Assembly: GCA_963738405.1 (NCBI GenBank)
Contig: CAVTWJ010000019.1
Coordinates: 1-64,000, forward strand
Reading direction: 5' to 3'
Origin: a candidate division FCPU426 bacterium
GTDB taxonomy: Bacteria > Oederibacteriota > Muellerivitia > Muellerivitales > Muellerivitaceae
DNA: 64,000 nucleotides
Shown: positions 30,781 through 40,528 of the stretch, one piece after another
How positions within the stretch are numbered: the first letter of the stretch is position 1
How the letters are laid out: each line of letters begins with the position of its first letter
Position numbers and translations under genes: made by a program
The notes under the pieces: generated by a model
The model's database searches: none
Seen by the model: the letters and a program-made list of their open reading frames with translations, nothing else
What the model was told of the DNA's origin: nothing

Positions 30781-32757
30781 TCAACGGGCGGAGACCGGCA
30801 GGGGCGTGACGTTTTGGATGGATTTCGCGCTTTCCTGGCCATTCGGCGCTACCGAGGTGACGGCGAAATAATAATTTTTCCCGTTCTCCAATGGTTTGAG
30901 GGTCGCCTGCAAAACAGAAACGGGCTGGGGGGTCAGGGGCCGGAAATCTTCACCATCGTCGGAAACATAGAGCTTGAAATGGGAGCCGAGGAAAGACGGG
31001 GCCCACGTGAGAAGCGCCATGGCGTCTCCGCTTTCGGCTTTAAAGTTCAAGGGGATGGGAACCGTTTCGTTCGAATCGGCCGAGACATTTCCCCGAACCA
31101 TCTGGGAAGGCTCGCTTTCCACGCCCGAATCGGAAACCGAAGTCACCACGAAGCCGTAATCTTTCCCGGGGGCAACATTTTTCAAGGTGACCTGATTGTC
31201 GGTAATGGGGCTCGTAGATAGCCTGCGGCTGGGTTTGCCCTGGGCATCGGCCAGGTAAAGGTAATAACCCGCCACGCCCGATCCCTGCGTGGCGTCTTTG
31301 TCCCAAGTCAGGTTGAAGGCCCCGAAGCCGGTGGCCAAGTTGAGGTTCTTCGGCGCGTCGGGTTTGAGGGCTTGGGGAACAAAGGTCAGCGTGGCGTAGG
31401 GGCTTTCCACCCCCGCGGGTGATACCGAAGCCACCGCGAAATCATAGGATACCCCGTTTTTCAGACTTTTCAGTTTGGCCTGGGTGTCATGGACGACCCC
31501 CTTGGTAGCCCGAACGTAGGTGTTGGTGCCGGGGCGTTTCACGTAAAGGTTGTAACCCGTCACGTCCGCGGAAGTCGGCGCGGCCCAATCCAAAAGGGCG
31601 CCGCCGCCCGCCAGGGGTTTGCCCTCAAAGCGGTAAGGGGCCAGCAGGGCGGGAGGCTGGTCCGCTCCGAGACGAAAAATCACCGAAAAACGGTGCGTGT
31701 CGCCCAGGGTCCCTTGGGGCGCGTAGGCGTAGTCAAACTGAAGGACCCTCAGGTCCAGCCCCGCCCCGGCCGTAAAATTCTGCACATCGGCGTCCCCCTC
31801 AAACCCCAGGCGGAAAGCCAGGGTCCGGTCATAAACATATTCCACCCCGCCCCCGGCCTGGAGAAGCTGGCTGTTGAGGAAATAGCCTCCTTCGGCGGCC
31901 AGATCCAATCGGTTCTTGCCCTCGTTCCATGCCATATAAGAGGCTCCCAGCCGGGTCTCGGTGGGCAGGGGATCGGAGGAGGAAATAAACTGAATTCCCT
32001 GGCCGAAGTTGAAAAGCCCGAAGCCTATTCGCCAGTCCGCGGATGGGGTCACGAGCAAGCCCAAATCGCCCGCTAAAGCGCTGGCGTTGTAGGTGGCGAT
32101 GTTTTCCATGATGTATTTGGCGGTGAGCCCAACGGAAATCAGACCGCCGAAACGGTAGGCCCCGGAGGCGAAAAAGGCGTTGTCGGAGGCGGAAATGGCG
32201 GGCGCCAGTCCGTTGGTGGAATCGAAAGGAGGAACCCCCAGGTTCACCACCCCGGCTCCCAACCCCCAGCTGTTGGCTCCGTCCGCGAAAGGCATGGCGA
32301 AACCGCCGAAGTTATAACCCGTGTCCCCAATGTAGAGCATGTGCAGGTAGCCAAACTCGGGGTATTCGAGCAAGGCCAGCCCCGCCGGGTTCCAGGTGAG
32401 GGAGTTGACGTCGTCGGCTACGGCGGTAAAGGCGCCGCCCATGGCCTCGCCCCGGGCGCCGCTGGAGATATCCAAAAAGTCTGCCCCGCTGGTCAACTGC
32501 TGTGAAAAACCCGGAACAGCGGTTAACCACCAAGACACCAAGACACCAAGAAAAACCTTTAAGGAAACAGCCTGTTTTTCACCGCAAACACGCCAAGGAC
32601 GCCAAGAATAGCGAAAGAAATAAAAAGGATGAAATGGCAACCTATGAAAAAGGGTTTTTATGGTTCTACCAATGCGGGGTTTTCGATGAATCACCATGGA
32701 TTTTCTTGGTGCCTTGGTGTCTTGGTGGTGAAAATGAATTTTTTTTAAAATCCTCAT
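30781..32757 (-). CDS. PorV/PorQ-family (UPF0164-like) outer-membrane barrel fused to three FN3 domains
   Basis: FLDISSGARGEAMGGAFTAVADDVNSLTWNPAGLA and DYAYAPQGTLGDTHRFSV motifs, then three FN3 repeats. Start overlaps the upstream stop (ATGA) but may lie further downstream. Confidence 0.85.
   Translation of the reverse strand: MRILKKIHFHHQDTKAPRKSMVIHRKPRIGRTIKTLFHRLPFHPFYFFRYSWRPWRVCGEKQAVSLKVFLGVLVSWWLTAVPGFSQQLTSGADFLDISSGARGEAMGGAFTAVADDVNSLTWNPAGLALLEYPEFGYLHMLYIGDTGYNFGGFAMPFADGANSWGLGAGVVNLGVPPFDSTNGLAPAISASDNAFFASGAYRFGGLISVGLTAKYIMENIATYNASALAGDLGLLVTPSADWRIGFGLFNFGQGIQFISSSDPLPTETRLGASYMAWNEGKNRLDLAAEGGYFLNSQLLQAGGGVEYVYDRTLAFRLGFEGDADVQNFTAGAGLDLRVLQFDYAYAPQGTLGDTHRFSVIFRLGADQPPALLAPYRFEGKPLAGGGALLDWAAPTSADVTGYNLYVKRPGTNTYVRATKGVVHDTQAKLKSLKNGVSYDFAVASVSPAGVESPYATLTFVPQALKPDAPKNLNLATGFGAFNLTWDKDATQGSGVAGYYLYLADAQGKPSRRLSTSPITDNQVTLKNVAPGKDYGFVVTSVSDSGVESEPSQMVRGNVSADSNETVPIPLNFKAESGDAMALLTWAPSFLGSHFKLYVSDDGEDFRPLTPQPVSVLQATLKPLENGKNYYFAVTSVAPNGQESAKSIQNVTPLPVSAR
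32526..32729. repeat. REPIN-like inverted pair (CACCAAG-type) plus an internal CGCCAAG-type copy inside the PorV-like ORF
   Basis: accaccaagacaccaagacaccaagaaaa (32526..32554) versus the inverted copy at 32701..32729 (1 mismatch); third copy at 32581..32608. Confidence 0.85.
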
Positions 32758-35700
32758 TTCACTACGGCTACTTTCTTGACCAGGTGGAACCCGCCGGGCC
32801 CGTCCATCTCGATGAAATAGATGCCCGAGGACACCAGGGATCCGATTCGGTCATTCATGTCCCAGATCAGGTTTTCAGGCGTACCGGCGGCGGCATCCGG
32901 GGGTGTCAGGGTCCGAATTAATCTTCCGTTGATGCTATAGATCTTTATTTTCACCGGTCCGCTCGCGGGCGGCACGAAATAAATACCCAGCTTCTGGCCC
33001 GAATTGGGCAGAACCAGATTGGCGTCAAAGGCCATATCGCCGGAAGAAACGGTAGGCGCGTTGGACCCTTGGGGCATGGTGATGACCGCGTGGTTTGAGT
33101 TGGGGCTTTCCGTGCTGACGCCTCCCGCCGTGGTGTAAACCGCCCGCACCACATAGTAGTAGGTATTATTGGCGAAAACACTCGAATCGGTATAGGTGGT
33201 CACGGGAGCCAAGAAGGAATTGGGGACGCTTCCAATCAGCACATAGGAACCGTAAGACGAACCCCGGTAGATGTTGAAACTCGTCACATTGAGGGCTCCG
33301 AAGTAAGGCTGGTTCCAAGTGAGCTGTGCCTTGGAGTTGCTTAAGGCTTTAGCGGTCAGGCCGGTGGGGGGGTTGAGGTCGGCGGAAGAGGTTGTGGCCG
33401 GCGCCGAGGCGGTGGAAACGCTGATATGGTTTCCGGTGGTTAAGCCCGTCACGTCCACAGCCTGAAGGCTGTAGGTGACGGTCGTGGGGTCCGTCAGGCG
33501 CGAGCCGTTGTTGTTGTCCAAGAACCAGGTTTGGGTCGCGGGAAGCTGCAGCGAAACGCCATCCGAACCCGTGAGGATGTAATAAGAAACAGGGAGGCTC
33601 CCGGGCGTAGGCACAGACGCCGGGAAATCGATCAGGATTTGACCGTCACCTGCGGTCGCCACCAGGGTCGCGGGGGCAGTGGGCGGGTTGCAGGCCGCGT
33701 CGGTGACGGCGTTGGAAGGGGCGCTGACGTGCCCGAGACTATCAGTAGCCTGAACGGTGTAGATGTAAAGCTGGCCCTGGGTGACATTCGTATCGGTCAC
33801 GGGCGAAGCGTTGGGAGTGGTGAGATAAGTCGAAGCTCCGGAGTAAACAAGACGCTGAAGATCGTAATTGCCCAGAGGATAGGTGTTGGTCAAGGGTGGG
33901 TTCCAGCTGAGGGTCAGGTTTGTCACCCCGCCGCCGCTCGCCAAAGCCAGGGGCGCGGTGAGAATAAATGGATAATCGGTGACGGGTGCGGAAAGTCCGC
34001 CAGTGACGCCGTTCGTGTTGACCGCCTGGACTTGATAAACATAAGTGGAACCGTTGGACAAACTGGTGGCGGTGGCGGATGCGGAGTAAACCGTGGTCGG
34101 GCTTCCAGGAGTAGGATAATAAACATATTCGGTCACGGGTACGTTATCCACCGGGGTATTGGGAGTCCAATTTAAAGTCACCGATGCGTTTCCATCCACC
34201 CCGGTCACGCCCGAAGGAACCGAAGGCGGCCTGGCGGGCACAGCCGTAACCGTGACGCTGTTGGAACTGGGGGTCGCGCCGACATAAGCGACAAAATAGT
34301 AGTAATAGGTCGTACCATTGTTCACCGTGGAATCCGTATAGGGGCTGGTCCCGGTAACTGGGGAAGTAAGCAAGGTGAAAGGGCCTGAAGTGTTGGTGCT
34401 TCGATAGACTTGGTAACCCGTCACCGGCGATCCCAATCCGGCAAAGGAATCGGTCCAGGTAAGAACCACCTGTCCAATTCCTCCCGTCGCGGCGAGGCCG
34501 CTGGGGGGGTTGATATCGGACAATGCCGGTGTTCCGTTGACTGTAACCGAATTGGCGCTGGCATCCTGGCCGGTGGTGACGCCTGAGTTATCCACCGCCA
34601 CGACGTAATAGTAATAGGTGGTACCGTTGGCCAAGGGCTCGTCCACATAACCGGTGCCGGTGGGCCCCAGGAAAGTCAGGGGAGCGTAGGGTCCTCCCAA
34701 AACGGTGGCCCGATAGACTTGATATCCCCCAATCGGAAGGGTTCCGGGCAGGGACGCGTTCCATGAAATCTGGACGGCTTCGTCGCCGTCAGCAAAACTC
34801 ATGTTTCCAGGAACTCCGGGCGCGTTCAAGGGGGTGGCGCTCACAGGGCCTGAGAGATCGCTGATATGTCCCGCCGTATCCATCGTGCCCACCCAGAAAT
34901 AATAGGGGGTGCCGTTGGTAAGACCGGTCACGTTCAAGGAAGCCGGGACGACGGGAGTGGGGTTCACCGGAACCGTTCCCGTCACGGAGGCTGAGGTCGA
35001 TTGGTAAATCTCGTAGCCCGCTACTTGGTAGGTGGTGGAAACCGCCGCAGTCCAGTTCAATTGGACGGCGGTGTTGGAAGGCGAGGCAGAAAACCCAGTG
35101 ACTGTATTGGGCGCCGCATAGGCTGTAACGGAAACCGCGTTGGCGGTATCCAGCAGGGTCGTCACACCCTTGGCGGGGTCATCCGCCGTGATGAGGTAAT
35201 AATAAAGGCTCGCGGGCGCGGCCGTTACATCGTTGTAGTAAATGGGGGGCGTGGGTGAGGGCGCCACGGTCACCGATGCCTGGGCCGCATAGTTTGTGGT
35301 CGCGGCGTTGTCGGGACTGCGGTAGATGGTATAGACCGTCACCCCTTCCGTCCCAGCGTTGGGGTCGGCCCAAGAAAGTGAAACGGCGGAATTCGCGGTA
35401 CTCAAGCCCGATTGGGCTGTCACGGTTTGCGGCGCCGCGGGCAGGCTGGTGAAGGTTTGAACATTTGAGAAGGGTCCGAATCCCGTGGCGTTCGCAGCCT
35501 GAATCTCATAGTCATAAGAGGTCCCTGACTCAATGGGTAACGAAACCGTCACAGGCAAACTGACGTTGCCCGGCAATTGTTCAGCGGCTTGCCAGTTGCC
35601 CGACCCCGTCACTTCCCGGTAGATGACATATTGGGTTACGGGCGCGTTTTTGGGCGCCCAGGTCAGGACGCGGGAAATGCCGTCTGAAGTCAGGGATACC

Positions 35701-36563
35701 GGCGCTAGGCTCACGGCGGCGGGATAGGTCAGGGTAGCAGGAGCCGGGAATATGGGCGGTCCTGATCCGTAGGGGTTCACACCTTCCACCCAGAAATTGT
35801 AGGTTTTATCGGGTAATAAATTGACGATACCCGTAGTGACGGCAGCACCAAAATCCACCCTTGTGGCCGACGCAACAAAAGTCGTAGGCGCATACAACAA
35901 CGACACGCTGGTGGCGTTGGCCTCGGTATCAGGGTTCCAGGTCACGGTGGCGGCGGTCTGGTTGGAAGCGCTCAAGAGGGATATGGCCACCGACGAGACG
36001 GCAATCGGCTGGGGCAGGAGCCCCCATGTGAGCTGGGTTGAGGGAAGACTTTCGCCCCCCGTGATGGCGCCCGAACCATAGTCGCTGGCGGTCACTTGGT
36101 AGGTGTAGTTGATTCCCGGGTTCAAGCCGGTTGTTATGGGAAAGAAAAGGGTGTTGGTCACGCCCAAAGTCGCGGCAGCCGGGGAAGTCTCATACACGGT
36201 GTAGGAAACGGCGCCGGCGCTGGCGTTCCAGGCGAGTGTGATTGCGGAAGCGGTGGATTGCCCCGTTAACGGCGAGGGAGGGGAGGGGGGCATCTGGAAA
36301 CCCGCCGAGACAAAGGCGCTCCCGCCGCCCGGGTTGACGGCTTGGAGGAAATAATAATAGGTCGATCCATGGGTAAGGACTGTCGCGTCGGTGACAGGGC
36401 CGTTGAGGTTTCCCGGGTAGCCTAAAGTCACGGCCGTCATGCCCGCCGTTACGGGCAAAGTATTCCGGTAAAGATTGTAGCCGGTCAGATTGGTCACGGC
36501 GGCTGCGGTCCAGTTGATGGAGGCGTTGGTTTGGTTGGCCGTGTAGGCTGCGGCCAGCCCCAA
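32754..36563 (-). CDS. Large FN3-repeat surface protein, C-terminal part with FlgD-Ig/T9SS-like CTD
   Basis: About 12 FN3 repeats; ends KIKIYSINGRLIRTL...WDMND...VSSGIYFI...KKVAVVK. No signal peptide; continues the upstream ORF across a frameshift. Confidence 0.8.
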   Translation of the reverse strand: MGLAAAYTANQTNASINWTAAAVTNLTGYNLYRNTLPVTAGMTAVTLGYPGNLNGPVTDATVLTHGSTYYYFLQAVNPGGGSAFVSAGFQMPPSPPSPLTGQSTASAITLAWNASAGAVSYTVYETSPAAATLGVTNTLFFPITTGLNPGINYTYQVTASDYGSGAITGGESLPSTQLTWGLLPQPIAVSSVAISLLSASNQTAATVTWNPDTEANATSVSLLYAPTTFVASATRVDFGAAVTTGIVNLLPDKTYNFWVEGVNPYGSGPPIFPAPATLTYPAAVSLAPVSLTSDGISRVLTWAPKNAPVTQYVIYREVTGSGNWQAAEQLPGNVSLPVTVSLPIESGTSYDYEIQAANATGFGPFSNVQTFTSLPAAPQTVTAQSGLSTANSAVSLSWADPNAGTEGVTVYTIYRSPDNAATTNYAAQASVTVAPSPTPPIYYNDVTAAPASLYYYLITADDPAKGVTTLLDTANAVSVTAYAAPNTVTGFSASPSNTAVQLNWTAAVSTTYQVAGYEIYQSTSASVTGTVPVNPTPVVPASLNVTGLTNGTPYYFWVGTMDTAGHISDLSGPVSATPLNAPGVPGNMSFADGDEAVQISWNASLPGTLPIGGYQVYRATVLGGPYAPLTFLGPTGTGYVDEPLANGTTYYYYVVAVDNSGVTTGQDASANSVTVNGTPALSDINPPSGLAATGGIGQVVLTWTDSFAGLGSPVTGYQVYRSTNTSGPFTLLTSPVTGTSPYTDSTVNNGTTYYYYFVAYVGATPSSNSVTVTAVPARPPSVPSGVTGVDGNASVTLNWTPNTPVDNVPVTEYVYYPTPGSPTTVYSASATATSLSNGSTYVYQVQAVNTNGVTGGLSAPVTDYPFILTAPLALASGGGVTNLTLSWNPPLTNTYPLGNYDLQRLVYSGASTYLTTPNASPVTDTNVTQGQLYIYTVQATDSLGHVSAPSNAVTDAACNPPTAPATLVATAGDGQILIDFPASVPTPGSLPVSYYILTGSDGVSLQLPATQTWFLDNNNGSRLTDPTTVTYSLQAVDVTGLTTGNHISVSTASAPATTSSADLNPPTGLTAKALSNSKAQLTWNQPYFGALNVTSFNIYRGSSYGSYVLIGSVPNSFLAPVTTYTDSSVFANNTYYYVVRAVYTTAGGVSTESPNSNHAVITMPQGSNAPTVSSGDMAFDANLVLPNSGQKLGIYFVPPASGPVKIKIYSINGRLIRTLTPPDAAAGTPENLIWDMNDRIGSLVSSGIYFIEMDGPGGFHLVKKVAVVK

Positions 36564-39247
36564 TGGGGCTGGGGGAGAAGGGCTGAAGTCACGGTGGCCG
36601 AATAGGCCCCCGTGACGGGCGTAGAGTCAATCCCCGCGACGTCATAGAAATAATTGACCCCCTGGATCAAGCCGCTGGAATCCACAAGGGTTTGGGTCGC
36701 GCCACCGCCCGCCGCCTGGGCAAAAATCGTGGTGACAGCCGAGGAAGCGCGGAAAACAACATAACTTACCGCGTTGTCCGCGCCCGAGGGAATGGTTAGC
36801 CACTTGAGGGTTATGGAGGCGGCTCCCCCCGCGGCCAGAACGCCCTGGGGTGCGGAGGGACCCAGTTGGCCCGGCTGGATGTTTGAATTGTTCGAGACGT
36901 TGCCGAAAGAATCCACCGCCTGGACGTAATACTGGTAGCTGGACCCGATGGCGGCGGAAGAGTCGTTAAAGGTGGTTGAGGCGCTGGCGCCGATGGATAC
37001 GTATCCCCCCAAACCGCCCGTCTGCCGCCAAACAATATAGGAATTAATCGCATTGAGGTCCTGCGTCGGAGCGGTCCAGGAAAGGGCCAGGTAGGTATTG
37101 GGTCCGCTGAAGGTGGGCACGACCACTCCCAAGGCGGGGGGATTCCCCAGGGGGAAGCCCGAAGACGAATTGGAGGACAGGCCGTTATGGGCGCTGTTGG
37201 GGGCTCCCGGGCTTCCCGCGTTGTCGAAGGCCGAAACGGTGTAGGTGTAGTTGGTTGCCGCGGAAAGTCCGGTATTTTGGTAGGTCACGGTAGGAGCGGT
37301 AACCGTTGCGATGGCCGTGCCGTTTCGGAAAACCTGGTAGCCCGAAAGCGGGAAGGATCCGGAAACGGAAGCTGGCGCGGTCCAATTCAACTGCACCGTG
37401 GTTCCACCGGTGAGGGCGTTTAAGCCTGTGGGAGCCCCGGGATTGGCGAAGGCCGTAACCGAACCCGACGATGTGGCGGGCGAGGAATGGGCCACTACGT
37501 TAAAAGCCGAAAGGGTGTAAGTGTAGCCCGTCAGGTTGGAAACCGGGCTGTCGAGATAACTCGTATTGGCCGTGATGACCCCTTGAGGGATGAGGGTTCC
37601 ATCGGGAAGGGTGGCCCCGGCGAAGGCCCCTCCGGCCGGGTTGCGGGTTAAGACATATCCCTGAACCGCTTCGGTACCCACCGGATTCCACGAAAGGGAA
37701 ATCTGCCCGCCGGTGGAGGTGAAATTGGCGGGCGAGGCGGTAAAACCCGTTGGAACAGGCGGCGGCGAGAGGGTTTCGATGGTGGTATTGGGGGAAAGGG
37801 TGGGAATCGTCACCCCCAGGTTGGAAATAGCGTACAGGAAGGGAAAGGGCCAGGCCGGGTTGTCCTGGCTGGAAACGGTCACGCCCAAGTTGAGGGTGAC
37901 CGATTGTCCCACGGGCACGTTGGTCACTCCGCCGTTAAAGAGAATCGTCCCCGGGTTGCTGACGGTCGGCTCGACCACCGAAAGATTGCTTCCGGGAAGG
38001 CTGCCGATTTGGGAAATAATACTGACCCCCCAGGGTGTTCCCGAGGCGGGGTTATTGGGGGGGATGGAGATGGCGAAAACACTGACGGGGCTTGAATAGA
38101 GGTTCGTCACGGCGTATTGCATCGTCGTCACGCTTGAATCCAGCGCCACAGCGGGGCTGACAATGCCCCCCGACAAGGGTTGAGTGTTTTTAGGCGCGTA
38201 GGGGATCGTCACGTTGGATAAAACCAAACCGTTAACATCCTCATAAATCAGGCTTACCGGATTGGTGGCGGGCGCGGCCGTCCAAGCCCGCACGATGATT
38301 TGCCCGTTGGTGATGTTCGACGCGTAGGTGGTGGGCCCGCTGAAATAAGAAAGACTCGTGACCTTGGAATACAAAGGCCCGGTGTTGACGCTGCCCGAGT
38401 CGTCCCCCTGCCAAACCATGTCCTGGGACCGGGGGTTGTTGAAATCCGTCAGGGTGCCGGTGAAATCCAGGATCACCTGGTAGGTAATGGGCGCGGCGGA
38501 AGTATTGTTCTTCTTGCTGAAATACAAAGACGGGGCGATGCCCGCTCCCGCGGCCGCGTAACCCCCGTTTACCCCGGTCACGGCGAAACAAAGCGAATTG
38601 GAAACGCCGGCCCCGTTGATGATGGTCACGCCATAAAACCCGCCGGTGATGGGGTTCAGCTGGTTGGCGTTGGGGTTGTTGGGAATCAAACTGTCGAAGG
38701 ACACGGGGATGGAAAGGGGGTCGTAAACCACCGGCACCGTCGAATTATTAACCTCATAGAGATAATAACTGGTGGAAAATCCCACAACCGTGATAGCCGC
38801 CCCCGTGGTCACCCCGAGGGCCCCCGGGTAAGTGCCGTTGATGTTGTTGGTGTTGTCGAAAATGGAGACCTGTTCCGAGTTGGACCCCGCCGCGAAGGTG
38901 ACCCCGAAATTCAGGTTTCCACCCACAAAGGTCAAGGGAACGGTGGGCCCGGTAAGGGTGGCCCCGGTGCTGGTCACGTAAACCGCCTGGGGATCGGAAA
39001 ACTGCGTCGTGGCGGTGTCGTACAAGCCCACTTGGACCGTAGCCGCGTAGCTTAGGTCCACGACCCCGGGACTGGATTGGGCCTGCACGCTGATGGTCAC
39101 TGAATTATTGGCGCCCGAGGTGGTATAAAGACCCGGGCCGGAAGAGGGGGAGACAAACTTAAAGCTATCGGCCCAAACCGGAAGGAAAGAATAAAAAAAG
39201 AAAACCGCAAGAAAACACGGCCAAAAAAGATTTTGTATGGTTTTCAT
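36494..39247 (-). CDS. Large FN3-repeat surface protein, N-terminal part (frameshifted near 36570)
   Basis: Signal peptide MKTIQNLFW...VWA-DS; Ser/Thr-rich beta domains then FN3 repeats; the FN3 pattern breaks at SALLP. Confidence 0.8.
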   Translation of the reverse strand: MKTIQNLFWPCFLAVFFFYSFLPVWADSFKFVSPSSGPGLYTTSGANNSVTISVQAQSSPGVVDLSYAATVQVGLYDTATTQFSDPQAVYVTSTGATLTGPTVPLTFVGGNLNFGVTFAAGSNSEQVSIFDNTNNINGTYPGALGVTTGAAITVVGFSTSYYLYEVNNSTVPVVYDPLSIPVSFDSLIPNNPNANQLNPITGGFYGVTIINGAGVSNSLCFAVTGVNGGYAAAGAGIAPSLYFSKKNNTSAAPITYQVILDFTGTLTDFNNPRSQDMVWQGDDSGSVNTGPLYSKVTSLSYFSGPTTYASNITNGQIIVRAWTAAPATNPVSLIYEDVNGLVLSNVTIPYAPKNTQPLSGGIVSPAVALDSSVTTMQYAVTNLYSSPVSVFAISIPPNNPASGTPWGVSIISQIGSLPGSNLSVVEPTVSNPGTILFNGGVTNVPVGQSVTLNLGVTVSSQDNPAWPFPFLYAISNLGVTIPTLSPNTTIETLSPPPVPTGFTASPANFTSTGGQISLSWNPVGTEAVQGYVLTRNPAGGAFAGATLPDGTLIPQGVITANTSYLDSPVSNLTGYTYTLSAFNVVAHSSPATSSGSVTAFANPGAPTGLNALTGGTTVQLNWTAPASVSGSFPLSGYQVFRNGTAIATVTAPTVTYQNTGLSAATNYTYTVSAFDNAGSPGAPNSAHNGLSSNSSSGFPLGNPPALGVVVPTFSGPNTYLALSWTAPTQDLNAINSYIVWRQTGGLGGYVSIGASASTTFNDSSAAIGSSYQYYVQAVDSFGNVSNNSNIQPGQLGPSAPQGVLAAGGAASITLKWLTIPSGADNAVSYVVFRASSAVTTIFAQAAGGGATQTLVDSSGLIQGVNYFYDVAGIDSTPVTGAYSATVTSALLPQPHWGWPQPTRPTKPTPPSTGPQPP

Positions 39248-39394
39248 TTTGGCCGGTTTCAAGGTTTTTCCCATGGTCTGCCAATATTTTATCAGCAACC
39301 CGGAGTACCCCCCGGGAACTTGTTTTATTTTCCACAGTGCCCTTGGTTTTCCCTTGGGGCGCAGATCCAACCCTGCCTTCCAGGCGCCTTTAAA

Positions 39395-40528
39395 CTACCA
39401 CCAAACATTCCGGACATTGGTCACGATCGTACTGTCGTTATAAACGACCCGGGGCGCTCCGCCCTTGGCCACTAGCGCGCATCGGGTCAAGACCACCGTT
39501 CCCACGCCCGAGCCGGATATCCCCGTTTCAAAACCGGAGGGGAAAGTCGTTCCCACCGCGAGGCCGTAAAGGGGCACCGTCAAGGGGTCATCCCCCCATG
39601 TCGAGCTGTTGGGGCTGATGCCATAGCCGAATCCAGAGCTTAACATTCCAGTGTTGATATTGGTTAAAAAGGACACCTTGGCCTCCGTAAGGGCGGGAGT
39701 TCCCGTGGGACTGGCGGCCAGATAGGGTGAAGAGGTTGTCAGGGCGTAAAAGGCATTGCTCGGGTTGGTTTGGGTGGGGTCGTAGGCCGTCGTGATGGCG
39801 TAGGTGATAATGTTTGGATCGGCTTTGCCGGGTGTCGCGAGCCATTTGGCGATTCCCCCCTGGAGGGCGGAATCGGTAATACCGCTGATTTGACGGTAAT
39901 CGGCGTATTCGCCGCTTTCCCATTCCACCAGCCGGTAGGCATTGGCTCCCCGGATGGGGTGGTCGTTGTTCGTCGTCAGGTAATAGTAATAAAACCGGTA
40001 AAGGTCGACGATGACCGTAGCCGGGGAACCGTCCGAGTAGGTCACGGTCGCGCCTGAGACGGTCAAAGGCGCCGTGTAAGACAAATTGTTGATGGTTTGG
40101 GGAAGGTCGTAGGCCGCGAATAAAAGGGAATTTCCGAAATCGGCCGTGACCGCCTGAGTGGGAGAAAAGGAACCCGCGGCACCCGTCCCAAGGGAAGGCT
40201 GTGCGATCGGGAGCAGGCTCCCGGTAAGAACAGGATAACTCGTTTTCGTCGCGGCGCTCATTCCCAAAGTGACCGGCCCCAAAAAGGAAACCGAAGCGTC
40301 GTTTTGAAACAAATGCTTGGTGGATAAAAGATGTTCGTGGAGCCTCAACTGGGTTTGTTCGTTCAAGGCCCGCATCTGGGTGTGCATTTCATCCCCCGCC
40401 ATGCCCTGGTTCACCTTCACAAAAAGGAAGGTAATGGCCGGGGTAATAATGCCGATCATGGCCACCGTCATCATCAATTCAATGAGGGTCCAGCCTCCCT
40501 GCCTGCCTCTCGCGCCGCAGAGCCTCAT
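39395..40528 (-). CDS. Minor type IV pilin/pseudopilin (PilW/GspJ-like)
   Basis: Prepilin cleavage motif RQGG|WTLIELMMTVAMIGII. Confidence 0.85.
   Translation of the reverse strand: MRLCGARGRQGGWTLIELMMTVAMIGIITPAITFLFVKVNQGMAGDEMHTQMRALNEQTQLRLHEHLLSTKHLFQNDASVSFLGPVTLGMSAATKTSYPVLTGSLLPIAQPSLGTGAAGSFSPTQAVTADFGNSLLFAAYDLPQTINNLSYTAPLTVSGATVTYSDGSPATVIVDLYRFYYYYLTTNNDHPIRGANAYRLVEWESGEYADYRQISGITDSALQGGIAKWLATPGKADPNIITYAITTAYDPTQTNPSNAFYALTTSSPYLAASPTGTPALTEAKVSFLTNINTGMLSSGFGYGISPNSSTWGDDPLTVPLYGLAVGTTFPSGFETGISGSGVGTVVLTRCALVAKGGAPRVVYNDSTIVTNVRNVWW

Noticed and set aside
29759..32729. CGCCAAG/CACCAAG repeats as a CRISPR array
   Set aside because: Copies are inverted and irregularly spaced, with no unique spacers and no cas genes.
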